This document shows positions 1 to 9,313 of a DNA stretch of 64,000 bases, one piece after another. How positions within the stretch are numbered: the first letter of the stretch is position 1; each line of letters opens with the position of its first letter. Origin of the DNA: an uncultured bacterium (GTDB lineage Bacteria > Chloroflexota > Limnocylindria > QHBO01); contig CBFGTN010000005.1 in assembly GCA_965652075.1 (NCBI GenBank), forward strand, positions 766 through 64,765, in the 5' to 3' direction. A program made the position numbers and the translations under genes. Under the pieces are notes generated by a model that was given only the letters and a program-made list of their open reading frames with translations, did no database searches and was not told where the DNA came from.

Positions 1-1026
1 GCCCGCAACCTTTGGCTCGTATGCGACCGCCAGTGACGGGACGCCGCTGGCCATCGCGAGGATCGATGCATGGAGACGTGAGGCGAGCAGGACCTCGCAC
101 GACGCGTATTGCTCGACCGCCCCGGCGACATCCTCAGCCGGCTCGCAGGCCTCGATGCGGCCCGCCAGGTCGGCCGGTAGCCGGGACCGAAGGCGTTCGA
201 TCGCCTGCCGGTCGTCGTCCTCGGCCCGCGCGGTGACCTGCGGCACGAAGCGCAGGCGGAGGTCTGAGTCGCGCAGGATGGCCGTCACGGCCCCAACGCA
301 CGCGTCCTCGACCGCGCCGCGCTCGGCCCACGCGTCGTGATCGGGCCGGTAGGAGCGCGGCGACCAGCACAGGACCCCGGACGCCGGACGCGGCGATGGC
401 GACCCTGCCGACCGCACGGCCGGCGCCCGGAACGCGAGGTCCGGGGCGACCGCGCTGTCGATCCCGAGCGTCGCGAGCCGCTGCCGGCTCGGGGCGTCAC
501 GCACGAACGTCGTCGCGCCGCGAAGGGCCCAGCGAATGAGGTCCCGGACCCGGCCGCGCGGAGGATTGATCGTCATCGGCGCAACGATCATCGGCCGTCC
601 GGCGGTGCGCGCGAACGCGATGTTCGCCGCCTTCACGAGGTTGATGCCGACCTTGGGGCCGCCGAGGTACGCGCCACCCGCGGCCACGACGAGGTCCGCG
701 TCGCGGTAGGCCCGCGCCGCGTCGTCCGAGTACCTTCCCAGGCGCGCCAACACGGTCAGCCTGGCGAGCCGGGTGGCGACATACGCCAGCAGGAGGAGCT
801 TCTGGCGCCCGGCCCAGCCGGGTGCGTCGTGCTGTGAGATCAACGGTTTGACCACGGCGTCCGCACCGAGCCCTCGCCACGCAGCGGCCTGGTCGCGCCA
901 GCCCACCGGTGCGACGACGACGCGTGTGGCGCCCGCCTCACGGAGCGATTGGATGAGTCCCTGGACGATCGCCGCATCGCCGTGGTTGCCGATGGCGTAG
1001 GCGTCGACGACGAGCGCGTGGCTCAC
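1..1026 (-). CDS. csaB: Polysaccharide pyruvyl transferase (CsaB-like); C-terminal end runs off the window
   Basis: Absent from the ORF track because it is partial. My minus-strand translation from GTG at 1026 reads VSHALVVDAYAIGNHGDAAIVQGLIQSLREAG...DLVVAAGGAYLGGP...TTFVRDAPSRQRLATLGIDSAVAPDLAF. This gives the GNxGD N-terminal motif, the GGG core and the RDxxS...PDxAF motifs typical of PS_pyruv_trans (PF04230). I checked the frame as open from 1026 down to about 420. GAGG lies just upstream of the GTG. Confidence 0.8.
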   Translation of the reverse strand, partial: MSHALVVDAYAIGNHGDAAIVQGLIQSLREAGATRVVVAPVGWRDQAAAWRGLGADAVVKPLISQHDAPGWAGRQKLLLLAYVATRLARLTVLARLGRYSDDAARAYRDADLVVAAGGAYLGGPKVGINLVKAANIAFARTAGRPMIVAPMTINPPRGRVRDLIRWALRGATTFVRDAPSRQRLATLGIDSAVAPDLAFRAPAVRSAGSPSPRPASGVLCWSPRSYRPDHDAWAERGAVEDACVGAVTAILRDSDLRLRFVPQVTARAEDDDRQAIERLRSRLPADLAGRIEACEPAEDVAGAVEQYASCEVLLASRLHASILAMASGVPSLAVAYEPKVAG

Positions 1027-1153
1027 TCGGGACCTCGGGACGGGGATGCGGTGTGGCCGTCTCGGGAGCGTCTCACGGACGCGGGACGACGCTGGAGCTG
1101 GTCACGGCGGTGATGATACCGACGATCGAGCGCACCCGATGGGCCGCCTGAGG

Positions 1154-2653
1154 TCAGGCGTCCTGGGGTCGCGAGATCGCCTGCCGCCCGACGCTCAGCA
1201 GCTCGCCCAGCAGCGGTCGGTCGACCAGCCACAGCGCCGCGAAGAACGACGGAACGGCCACCGCGATCTCCCCAACGAGGAGGCCGAGGTCGCCGACGTC
1301 CGGACCGATCCACAGCTGCACGCCGACGACGGCGAGGGCCATGACGACCGTCGCGATCGCCACGCCGCGCAGCTGCCACAGGAACGTGCGCGGCCCGACC
1401 GAGGCATAGATGCGCATCCACCACAGCAGCAGCGGCAGCAACAGGTACCCGCGCAGGACGAACGCGGCCGCGACGGCCAGGATCCCGAACGGGACGGCGA
1501 CGATGAACGCCGTCACGCTCACGACCGCGGTGATGAACCGATAGCGAAGGACCACCTCCGGGTGGCCCGCCGCGTTGAGCATCGAGTCGGCGAAGGCCTG
1601 CACGGTGAGGTATGGGCCGATGAGGAACAGGATCGACGCGACCTGTCCGCTCTCCCGCCACCGCTCGCCGAAGACCACGACCGTCAGCTCGGTGGCGACG
1701 AGCGCGAGGCCGATGTACCCCGGGAGGATCACCGCGCTCGCCCCGCGCGACAGGCGCAGGTAGGCGCGAACCATCCGCTCGCGATCGTGCTGCAGCCGGG
1801 AAAACGCCGGAAACGCGATCTTGCGCGCGATGTTGATGAGGATCGTCTGGCTCACCTCGAGGATCCGGTAGCCCACGGCGTAGAGGCCGAGGGCGGCGGG
1901 CCCGAGGAAGACGCCGATGAGGAAGTTGTCCGAGTAGCGGGTCAGGAAGTTCAGCACGTCCGAGCCGACGACGCGGCTCCCGAAGCCGAACAGCGAGCGG
2001 AAGTCCGCCCACGACACCTGCCGGCTCGGCCGCCACGGGTTGGCCCACCACAGGGTCAGGACGGACGCGATGGCGGCCGCGAGCTGCTGCGCCACGAGCG
2101 CCCAGGCGCCGAAGCCCTGGATCGCGGCGATGACGCCGACGACGCCGCCGGCCGCCGTCGCGACGAGCGCGCGAACGGCCAGCGTGCGGAAGGCGAGCGC
2201 GCGCCGCAGGAGCGCGATCTGGATCGCCGTGAACGCCGCGAACGTGAAGGTCAGCGACAGGATCTGGATGATCGGGCCGAGCTCCGGCTGATCCACCAGC
2301 CCGCCGATGAGCGGCCCGGCGGCGATCCCGACGACAGTGAGCAGCGCTCCGGTCGCGAGGGCCGTCCAGAAAGCGGTGTCCACCTCGCGCGTCGAGACGG
2401 TCCGGCGCTGGATCAGCGCGTCGCCAAGACCCTGGTCGGCGATGAGCTGCGCGAACGTCACGAACACCATGGCCAGCGCGACGAGGCCGAAGTCATCCTC
2501 CGACAGCAGGCGCGCGAGGATGACGAACGTGACGAGGTTGATCGCCTGACGGCCCCAGATGTCGGCGACGGTCCAGGTCAGGCCTCGCGCCACCCGTCCC
2601 CGGAGGTCCGAGTCGTCGACGTCGAAGCCCGGGCTCGCGGCGGGATCCGTCAT
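1154..2653 (-). CDS. MOP-superfamily polysaccharide flippase (Wzx/CsaA-like), flippase 1
   Basis: 499 aa, polytopic. The N-terminus (RGLTWTVADIWGRQAINLVTFVILARLLSEDDFGLVALAMVFV) is typical of Polysacc_synt_3/LPS biosynthesis flippases. Its start shares ATGA (2650-2653) with the stop of the upstream sulfotransferase. Confidence 0.8.
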   Translation of the reverse strand: MTDPAASPGFDVDDSDLRGRVARGLTWTVADIWGRQAINLVTFVILARLLSEDDFGLVALAMVFVTFAQLIADQGLGDALIQRRTVSTREVDTAFWTALATGALLTVVGIAAGPLIGGLVDQPELGPIIQILSLTFTFAAFTAIQIALLRRALAFRTLAVRALVATAAGGVVGVIAAIQGFGAWALVAQQLAAAIASVLTLWWANPWRPSRQVSWADFRSLFGFGSRVVGSDVLNFLTRYSDNFLIGVFLGPAALGLYAVGYRILEVSQTILINIARKIAFPAFSRLQHDRERMVRAYLRLSRGASAVILPGYIGLALVATELTVVVFGERWRESGQVASILFLIGPYLTVQAFADSMLNAAGHPEVVLRYRFITAVVSVTAFIVAVPFGILAVAAAFVLRGYLLLPLLLWWMRIYASVGPRTFLWQLRGVAIATVVMALAVVGVQLWIGPDVGDLGLLVGEIAVAVPSFFAALWLVDRPLLGELLSVGRQAISRPQDA

Positions 2654-3618
2654 CGCGAGGCGGGAACGGCCGGCTCCACCTGCCCGCGCGCGCCATGACG
2701 ACGGGCGTTCGCGACCCAGGCGCTGAGGTCGCGGCCGAGGAGGCGCTCGAGCCGCGCCACCTCCGGCTCGATCTCGACCTCGAGCCGGGCCCGCAGCGCC
2801 GGGTCGACCGGGTCCCGCGCCACCTCGCGGCTGTTGAGCGCGAGGAGCCGCGCGCGGAGGCGATGGACGACGGGATAGCGGCGCAGGCGCGGGACGAGCC
2901 GCCGAACGACAGGCGGGTTCCAGATGAGCGATTGCAGGAGGCGGTTGCGGACGCGCTTGTTCACGTTCGCGGCGCGAAAGTCAGGGACGAACGCCTCGTC
3001 GACGCCGAGGAACCTGAGCGTGTCCCGATACGTGCCGTTCAGGTCGGCGCGCAGGTCCTCGTGGACGATGACATGCACGCGGTCCTGGCCAAAGACCTCG
3101 AGGTACCGCTCGAGCTGCTCCGCGAAGCGGACCATGCGCCGATAGAACAGGTTCTCCGGGCGGAGGCTGCCGCCGGGCAGCGAGCGCCCCTCGACGCGGT
3201 CCTCCTCGAGCGCGAGGGCCGCCTCGAAGTCCTCGACGTCCTCCTGCCGGCTGAACAGGAGCTGCGAGTGCTGCGCCTGCATGACGTCGATCGGGTTGCG
3301 CAGCATGGCGATGATCGAGGCGTCCGGCGACGCGGCCCTGATCTCGCGCGCCGCCGAGCGCGAGTAGAGGTACCACGCCGACGCCTCGCCGACCCGCTGA
3401 TCGGCCCGCGCGTCTGCGAACAGCGCACGGTACTCTTCGGCGGTCATCCGCCCGTATCGGTGCGACAGGTCGTCGCCGAAGAAGAGCGGCTCCTTGTGGA
3501 ACGGCATGAAGATCCGCGGGTGCTGCCGCAGGTACTCGTACATGGCCGTCGTGCCACACTTCGGCGCCCCGACGATGAAGAAGTCCGGGAACGCGGTCGC
3601 GCCGGCACTCGACGTCAT
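2650..3618 (-). CDS. PAPS-dependent sulfotransferase family protein
   Basis: 322 aa. 5'-PSB loop FFIVGAPKCGTTAMYEYL and a 3'-PB-like segment MLRNPIDVMQAQHSQ. Length and layout match soluble carbohydrate sulfotransferases (Sulfotransfer_1/3 type). Confidence 0.8.
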   Translation of the reverse strand: MTSSAGATAFPDFFIVGAPKCGTTAMYEYLRQHPRIFMPFHKEPLFFGDDLSHRYGRMTAEEYRALFADARADQRVGEASAWYLYSRSAAREIRAASPDASIIAMLRNPIDVMQAQHSQLLFSRQEDVEDFEAALALEEDRVEGRSLPGGSLRPENLFYRRMVRFAEQLERYLEVFGQDRVHVIVHEDLRADLNGTYRDTLRFLGVDEAFVPDFRAANVNKRVRNRLLQSLIWNPPVVRRLVPRLRRYPVVHRLRARLLALNSREVARDPVDPALRARLEVEIEPEVARLERLLGRDLSAWVANARRHGARGQVEPAVPASR

Positions 3619-3701
3619 GCCGGGCAGTATTGCATCGGTGCCGTGGGCGCCGCGCAGCCGCGATCCGGATTGTCCACCGAGACTGATGCACTGAGGAGCC
3701 C

Positions 3702-4886
3702 ATGCCCCGACGCCGAACCCTGATCATGGTCGAGGACCTGCCGGTCCCCTTCGACCGGCGCGTCTGGACCGAGTCGAAGACGCTGCGTGACGCCGGCTGG
3801 AAGGTCACCGTCATCTCGCCGAAGGGCGAGGGCTGGAACCGGTGGCACGAGCGGATCGACGGGATCGAGGTCTTCCGCTACCCGCTGCCGACGACGGCGG
3901 CCGGGTTCGTGAACCATCTCCTCGAGTACGCGATCGCGATCCCGGCGACGATGATCCTCGCGCTCCTCGCGTGGCGCGGGCGCCGGTTCGACGTCGTGCA
4001 CGCGTGCAACCCGCCGGACTTCCTGTTCCCGATCGGCTGGCTCTTCAAGCGCCTCGGTGCCGCGTTCATCTTCGACCAGCACGACCTGTCGCCGGAGGTC
4101 TACGTCGCACAGGGCGGCCGGCGCGGCGGGCTCGTCCACCGCGTCCTGCTGTGGTGCGAGCGAGCCACGTACCGTGCGGCGGACGTCGTGATCTCCACGA
4201 ACGAGTCGTACCGGAGGTTCGCGCTCGAGCGCGGCGGGGTGGATCCCGAACGCGTCTTCGTCGTGCGCAGCTCGCCGGACCCGGCGCGCATCCATCCGGT
4301 CGATCCGGACCCAAGCCTCCGCAACGGCCGTCGGCATCTCGTCGCGTACCTCGGGACGATGGGGCCCCAGGACGGCGTCGACCTGTTCGTCGACGTGGCG
4401 CGACACGTCGCCGCGGCCCGACCCGGCCTCGTGCGGTTCGTGGCGATGGGCGGCGGCCCGATGCTCGAGGAGCTGCGCGAGCGGGTGCGCGTCGAAGGGA
4501 TGTCGGGCGACGTGACGTTCACGGGGCGCGTGCCGGACGAGTTCGTGCGTCGCGTCCTGTCCACGACGGACGTCGCGGTCAGCCCTGATCCCGAGAACGA
4601 CTTCAACGAGTACTGCACGATGAACAAGACGCTGGAGTACATGGCCGTCGGCGTGCCCGTCGTCGCGTTCGACCTCGCCGAGACCCGCGTGTCGGCCGCC
4701 GAGGCCGCGGCCTACGCGCCCCCCAACGACCCGGCCGGGATCGCGCAGCTCGTCCTCGACCTCCTGGACGACGACGGTCGCCGGGCGCGGATGGGCGAGA
4801 TCGGCCGGGAACGGATCGCCGGGCCGCTGAGCTGGGAGAGCAGCGCGCGGAACCTGCTGGCCGCCTACGACACGGCCATCGGCTGA
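3702..4886 (+). CDS. Glycosyltransferase family 4 (WcaI-like)
   Basis: 394 aa. N-terminus VEDLPVPFDRRVWTESKTLRDAGWKVTVISP. C-terminal GT-B motif EYCTMNKTLEYMAVGVPVVAFD. GAGGAG SD lies before the ATG. Confidence 0.85.
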   Translation: MPRRRTLIMVEDLPVPFDRRVWTESKTLRDAGWKVTVISPKGEGWNRWHERIDGIEVFRYPLPTTAAGFVNHLLEYAIAIPATMILALLAWRGRRFDVVHACNPPDFLFPIGWLFKRLGAAFIFDQHDLSPEVYVAQGGRRGGLVHRVLLWCERATYRAADVVISTNESYRRFALERGGVDPERVFVVRSSPDPARIHPVDPDPSLRNGRRHLVAYLGTMGPQDGVDLFVDVARHVAAARPGLVRFVAMGGGPMLEELRERVRVEGMSGDVTFTGRVPDEFVRRVLSTTDVAVSPDPENDFNEYCTMNKTLEYMAVGVPVVAFDLAETRVSAAEAAAYAPPNDPAGIAQLVLDLLDDDGRRARMGEIGRERIAGPLSWESSARNLLAAYDTAIG

Positions 4887-5046
4887 CCGGCGGCGCGACT
4901 CGCCGCCGACGCCCTCGGCGCCGGGACGCGGAGGAGCAGCGGGATCAGTTCGATCCACGACCTGTGCTTCCGAGGGCTGATCGCTATCATCGATCGGCCG
5001 CGCGCTCGAGCGTGGCGAATCTCCGCATCACGGGAGCTCGCGCCAG

Positions 5047-6360
5047 TTGAACGTTGCCATCATCGGCCTGGGCTATGTCGGCGCCGTCACGGCGGGCTGC
5101 CTGGCACGTCTCGGTCAGTCGGTCATCGGGGTCGACACGGACCCGCACAAGGTCGACGCGATCGCCGCGGGCCGCTCCCCGATCGCCGAGCCGGGCCTCG
5201 ACGAGCTGCTGGCGGAGGCGGTCGCCGCCGGGCGGCTGACGACCGGCACGATCGTCGAGGCAGTCGAACGCTCGGACGTGATCATGGTCGCGGTGGGGAC
5301 GCCGAGCGCGCCGTCGGGCGCCCTCGACCTGACCGCGCTCAACCGCGTCACCGAAGAGATCGCCGCCGCGATGCCGCGTGACGGACGATTCCGGACGATC
5401 GTCGTGCGCAGCACGGTGCTGCCGGGCACGACAGATGCCGAGGTTCGACCGCGCCTCGAGTCCGGCTCGGGGATGCGGGCGGGGGTCGACTTCGGCCTGG
5501 CGACGAACCCCGAGTTCCTGCGCGAATCGTCCAGCATCCGCGACTTCTTCGAGGCCAGCCGCACCGTGATCGGCGCCGACGACGACCGCAGCGCCCAGGC
5601 GGTCCGCGCGGTCTACGAGGGCGTCCAGGCGCCGATCTTCGTCGTGCCCATCCGCACGTCCGAGATGATCAAGTACACCGACAACGCGTTCCACGCCGTG
5701 AAGATCGCCTTCGCCAACGAGATCTCGTCGTTCGCGCGCGCCAACGGGGTCGACGGGCGCGACGTGATGCGCGTGATGATGGCCGACGATCGGCTGAACA
5801 TCTCGACCGCCTACCTCCGCCCGGGCTACGCCTTCGGTGGCTCGTGCCTGCCCAAGGACCTTCGTGCGATCACCGACCGGGCCCGCAAGACCGATGTCGA
5901 CCTGCCCCTGCTCGACGCCGCGCTGTCCAGCAACGTGGCCCACTTCGAGCGAGGCGTTCGGCTCGTCGAGGCGACCGGCCGGCGCGCGATCGGCCTCCTT
6001 GGCCTGAGCTTCAAGAGCTCGACCGACGACCTGCGCGAGTCGCCGGCGGTGGCCCTCGCCGAGCGCCTGCTGGGCAAGGGCTACAGCCTGTCGATCTACG
6101 ACGAGGACATCCATCCGGAGCGCCTGCGCGGCGCGAACCGGGCGTTCATGGACCGGCACCTGCCGCACCTCGGGCAGCTGCTCAGCGAGTCGCTCGACGC
6201 GACCCTGGCCACGAGCGAGGTCGTCGTGCTCACCAAGGTCTGGCCGGCCGTCGAGGACCTCGCCGATCGGCTGCGCGGCGACCAGGCACTCGTGGATCTC
6301 GCCGGTCTGCCGCACGCCCGCGAACGCCTCGGCGAGCGGTACGCCGGCATCGGCTGGTAG
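5047..6360 (+). CDS. GDP-mannose 6-dehydrogenase-like nucleotide-sugar dehydrogenase (AlgD-type)
   Basis: 437 aa with a TTG start. As I recall AlgD, this protein is collinear with it end to end: IIGLGYVGAVTAGCLA, VVRSTVLPGT, NPEFLRESS, GFAFGGSCLPKD, LGLSFKSSTDDLRESP, C-terminal GIGW. Confidence 0.8.
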   Translation: MNVAIIGLGYVGAVTAGCLARLGQSVIGVDTDPHKVDAIAAGRSPIAEPGLDELLAEAVAAGRLTTGTIVEAVERSDVIMVAVGTPSAPSGALDLTALNRVTEEIAAAMPRDGRFRTIVVRSTVLPGTTDAEVRPRLESGSGMRAGVDFGLATNPEFLRESSSIRDFFEASRTVIGADDDRSAQAVRAVYEGVQAPIFVVPIRTSEMIKYTDNAFHAVKIAFANEISSFARANGVDGRDVMRVMMADDRLNISTAYLRPGYAFGGSCLPKDLRAITDRARKTDVDLPLLDAALSSNVAHFERGVRLVEATGRRAIGLLGLSFKSSTDDLRESPAVALAERLLGKGYSLSIYDEDIHPERLRGANRAFMDRHLPHLGQLLSESLDATLATSEVVVLTKVWPAVEDLADRLRGDQALVDLAGLPHARERLGERYAGIGW

Positions 6361-6373
6361 GCACGGTCGACCG

Positions 6374-6898
6374 ATGGAGCAGGCGGCCCATCGCGGACCC
6401 ATCGAGGTCACGGTCGAGATCCCGTCCGGCAGCCGGAACAAGTACGAGTACGACCACGAGCGCCAGCGGTTCGTGCTGGATCGGGTGCTCTACTCGAGCG
6501 TCCACTATCCCGCCGACTACGGCTTCATCGAAGGGTCGCTGGCGGAGGACGGAGACCCGCTCGACGTCCTCGTGCTGATTGCCGAGCCGACGTTCCCCGG
6601 CTGCGTCGTCCGCGCACGACCGGTCGGTGTGCTGGACATGGCCGACGAGAAGGGTCACGACTACAAGATCCTGGCCGTCGCCCACGACGACGCGCGCTGG
6701 GAGACGACGACCGAGCTCGAGCATCTCTCCCCGCACCTGCTGCGTGAGATCGAGAACTTCTTCGAGACCTACAAGACGCTCGAGAACCGTCCGACCGAGG
6801 TCAACGGCTGGCTCGGCGTCGGCGACGCCTGGCGCATCATCGACGACGCGCTCGACCCGGATCGCGAGACCACCACGAAGCCCGGCACCTGGCGCTGA
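6374..6898 (+). CDS. ppa: Inorganic pyrophosphatase (family I)
   Basis: 174 aa. EIPSGSRNKYEYDHE...YPADYGFIEGSLAEDGDPLDVLVL signature. Starts 13 nt after the dehydrogenase stop. Confidence 0.9.
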   Translation: MEQAAHRGPIEVTVEIPSGSRNKYEYDHERQRFVLDRVLYSSVHYPADYGFIEGSLAEDGDPLDVLVLIAEPTFPGCVVRARPVGVLDMADEKGHDYKILAVAHDDARWETTTELEHLSPHLLREIENFFETYKTLENRPTEVNGWLGVGDAWRIIDDALDPDRETTTKPGTWR

Positions 6899-6932
6899 GC
6901 GCGTCCCGGACATCGTCGAGGCGGCGGTCGGC

Positions 6933-7838
6933 TCAGGCGCCGCGGGGGGCGACCTCGTCCCAGAGGGTCGCCAGGGCCTCCTGCCAGCGTTGCAGGCTGA
7001 ATCGGTCCACCGTCGCGGCGATCGCCCTCGGGTCGTAGTCGGGCACGCGGTTCAGCGCGCCGGCGAAGTCGCCATCGGTCACGAGCGTGCCGTTGACGCC
7101 GTCGACAATGATGTCGCGAAGCCCGCCGACCGAGCTGGCCACCACCCATCGGCCGCTCGCGATGGCCTCAACGGCGACGAGGCCGAAGGCCTCGACCGAT
7201 GACGGCATGAGGACGACGTCGTGGGCGGCGATGAGCGCCGGGACCTCGATCGGGTCGACCTCACGGAGCGACGGCCCCACGAGCGTGTCGGCCAGCGTTC
7301 GAGCGACGTCATAGCCCTTGTACTCGATGCGTCCACCGAGGTAGAGCACGCGCCGCGTCGCTGGCCGCGGCGAGGGTGCGAACCTCGAGAGGTTCACGCC
7401 GGGAGACAGGACGTCCGGGTGCCCGCCGATCGCACGCAGCCGGGTCGCCGTGTCATCGGAGTTCGCGACCAGCCTGTCGGCCCGCCGGGCAACCTCCCCA
7501 ACGAGCCAGCGAACTGGGGCGAGGCGGCGCCGCTCGCGGACGTCCCGTCCGTGCGAGTACACGACGAGCGGGACGCCCCGCAGCCTGGCGACGATCAATC
7601 CGACCAGCCCGGTCGGAAAGAGCATGTGCGCCTCGATGCCCCGGATCGGTCCGGCACGCAGCGCATCGATGAACAGCTGCGCGTAGACGATCGGGCTGGG
7701 CGCAGCCGGCCATCGCGGTCGGACGACGCGGACGTTCGGGAGGCCGGCTGTCCGTTCGCGGACGTAGATGCCGACGCTGGGCCGATCCGGCGTCGGCCAG
7801 ATGCGCGTGAGGACGATGACCGGACGGGAGGTGGTCAT
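6933..7838 (-). CDS. Glycosyltransferase family 4
   Basis: I placed the start at MTTSRPVIVLTRIWP (ATG 7838), which shares ATGA with the flippase stop at 7835. C-terminal motif MPSSVEAFGLVAVEAIASGRWVVASSVGGL. The 62-aa upstream extension in the ORF track is Arg/Pro-rich and overlaps the flippase. Confidence 0.8.
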   Translation of the reverse strand: MTTSRPVIVLTRIWPTPDRPSVGIYVRERTAGLPNVRVVRPRWPAAPSPIVYAQLFIDALRAGPIRGIEAHMLFPTGLVGLIVARLRGVPLVVYSHGRDVRERRRLAPVRWLVGEVARRADRLVANSDDTATRLRAIGGHPDVLSPGVNLSRFAPSPRPATRRVLYLGGRIEYKGYDVARTLADTLVGPSLREVDPIEVPALIAAHDVVLMPSSVEAFGLVAVEAIASGRWVVASSVGGLRDIIVDGVNGTLVTDGDFAGALNRVPDYDPRAIAATVDRFSLQRWQEALATLWDEVAPRGA

Positions 7839-9313
7839 CGGCGCCACAGGAGCCCGAGCAGCTGGCGGGCCTGCGTCGGGCGCACGATCCCGGTTCCGAC
7901 GAGGATCGGCGGATAGAGGAGGATGGCGCCGGCGCGCCACAGCGGGTTGTCGGGGCCGAGCAACGCCAGCGCGCTGAGCGCCGCCGCGAGGCCCAGGATG
8001 ATCACCGCTCGGCCGAGCTGCCATGGGACCGGGTCAACCGCCTGGCTCCGCCACCCGGCCAGGATCGCCAGCAGTGCGTAGCCCGTCACCGTGCTGATCG
8101 CGGCGCCGTACATGCCGAGAAGCGGGATGAGCACGAGGTTCAGCCCGAGGGCCACGCCGGCCGCGATGAGCATCGTCGAGCCCACGACCCCGCTGCGCCC
8201 GGCGATGCCGAGGCCTGTGGCCACGATCGTGTATGCGCCATAGAGGACGAACGCGAAGGCGCTGAAGGGCACGATGTATCGGCTGTCCTCGAACGCCGGT
8301 GGAAAGAAGAGGCGAATCACGTCGGTCCCGATCGCGCTGAGGACGAGTGCGGCTGCCGACGCGATGGCCAGGAACCACGTGAGCGACCGCGCGAACGTGC
8401 GGTGGGCGTCGGGAGACTGCGAGATCTCCCACGAGATGGCACCCCACGAGAGCGTGAACGGCTGGATGACGAGCGCGTTGATCACGAGACCGGCGGTGTA
8501 CCCGGTCGTGTAGACACCCACGATCTCGGTGCTGCCGGTGAAGGCCTGCAGCAGCGGACGATCGGCCAGGTTCAGCGTCCAGCCGGCCACGCCAGCGGGC
8601 ACGAGGGGCAACGCGAACGATAGCATCGCCCGCGAGAGGTCCCGATCGACGAGGGGCCGCCACACGCCGGTACGCCAGAGGACGAACGAGCCGACACCGG
8701 CGGCGAGGGTGGCCGCGATCGCGGAGCCGAGCGACACGCCGACGACGCCGAGCTCCAGGGCGACGACGAGAAACAGGATCAGCACCGTGCCGGTCGCCGC
8801 CCGCGTCAGGGTGATGACGACGTAGTCTCGCGGCCGTCGCTCCGCGCGCAGGAACGAGAGCGGGATCCCGTTGAACGAGTCGAGCATGACGATCGGGGCC
8901 GCCAGGGCGAACACGGCGAGGTTCGCGCCGCCGTAGAGGATGAGCGTCAGCGGCACAGTCGCGAGGAGCACGACGGCGAAGCCGGCGAGCGATGCGGCGA
9001 TCCGGATGGCGAGCGTCGTTCGCAGCACATGGGCGCGCTCGAACGGTCCGTCCGCCTCGCGGAGGTACCAGCGGAAGAACGCCTGGGGCAGTGCCAGGCC
9101 GACGAGCATCAGCGCCAGAGAGATCACCGAGTTCAGAACGCCGGTGACGCCGACGCCGCTCGCGCCCAGCACGCTGGCGTAGATCGGGACCAGCAGGATC
9201 GCCACGGCCTGGTTGGCGATGCCGCCCATCCCGTAGACGAGCGAGTCGCTCGCGATCCGGCTGCCGAAGCCCGGCGCCGGCCGGGCCTCGGGCGCGTCGT
9301 TCGCGGCGTTCAT
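7835..9313 (-). CDS. MOP-superfamily polysaccharide flippase, flippase 2
   Basis: Start taken at MNAANDAPE (ATG 9313), sharing ATGA with the upstream GT stop at 9310. About 12-14 hydrophobic segments. N-terminus SDSLVYGMGGIANQAVAILLVPIYASVLG is typical of Polysacc_synt proteins. Confidence 0.75.
   Translation of the reverse strand: MNAANDAPEARPAPGFGSRIASDSLVYGMGGIANQAVAILLVPIYASVLGASGVGVTGVLNSVISLALMLVGLALPQAFFRWYLREADGPFERAHVLRTTLAIRIAASLAGFAVVLLATVPLTLILYGGANLAVFALAAPIVMLDSFNGIPLSFLRAERRPRDYVVITLTRAATGTVLILFLVVALELGVVGVSLGSAIAATLAAGVGSFVLWRTGVWRPLVDRDLSRAMLSFALPLVPAGVAGWTLNLADRPLLQAFTGSTEIVGVYTTGYTAGLVINALVIQPFTLSWGAISWEISQSPDAHRTFARSLTWFLAIASAAALVLSAIGTDVIRLFFPPAFEDSRYIVPFSAFAFVLYGAYTIVATGLGIAGRSGVVGSTMLIAAGVALGLNLVLIPLLGMYGAAISTVTGYALLAILAGWRSQAVDPVPWQLGRAVIILGLAAALSALALLGPDNPLWRAGAILLYPPILVGTGIVRPTQARQLLGLLWRR

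Noticed and set aside
1046-2698. 550-aa plus-strand ORF rich in D/E/R.
   Set aside because: It is exactly antisense to the flippase at 1154-2653, which has a coherent polytopic profile. The antisense product is a charged low-complexity sequence.
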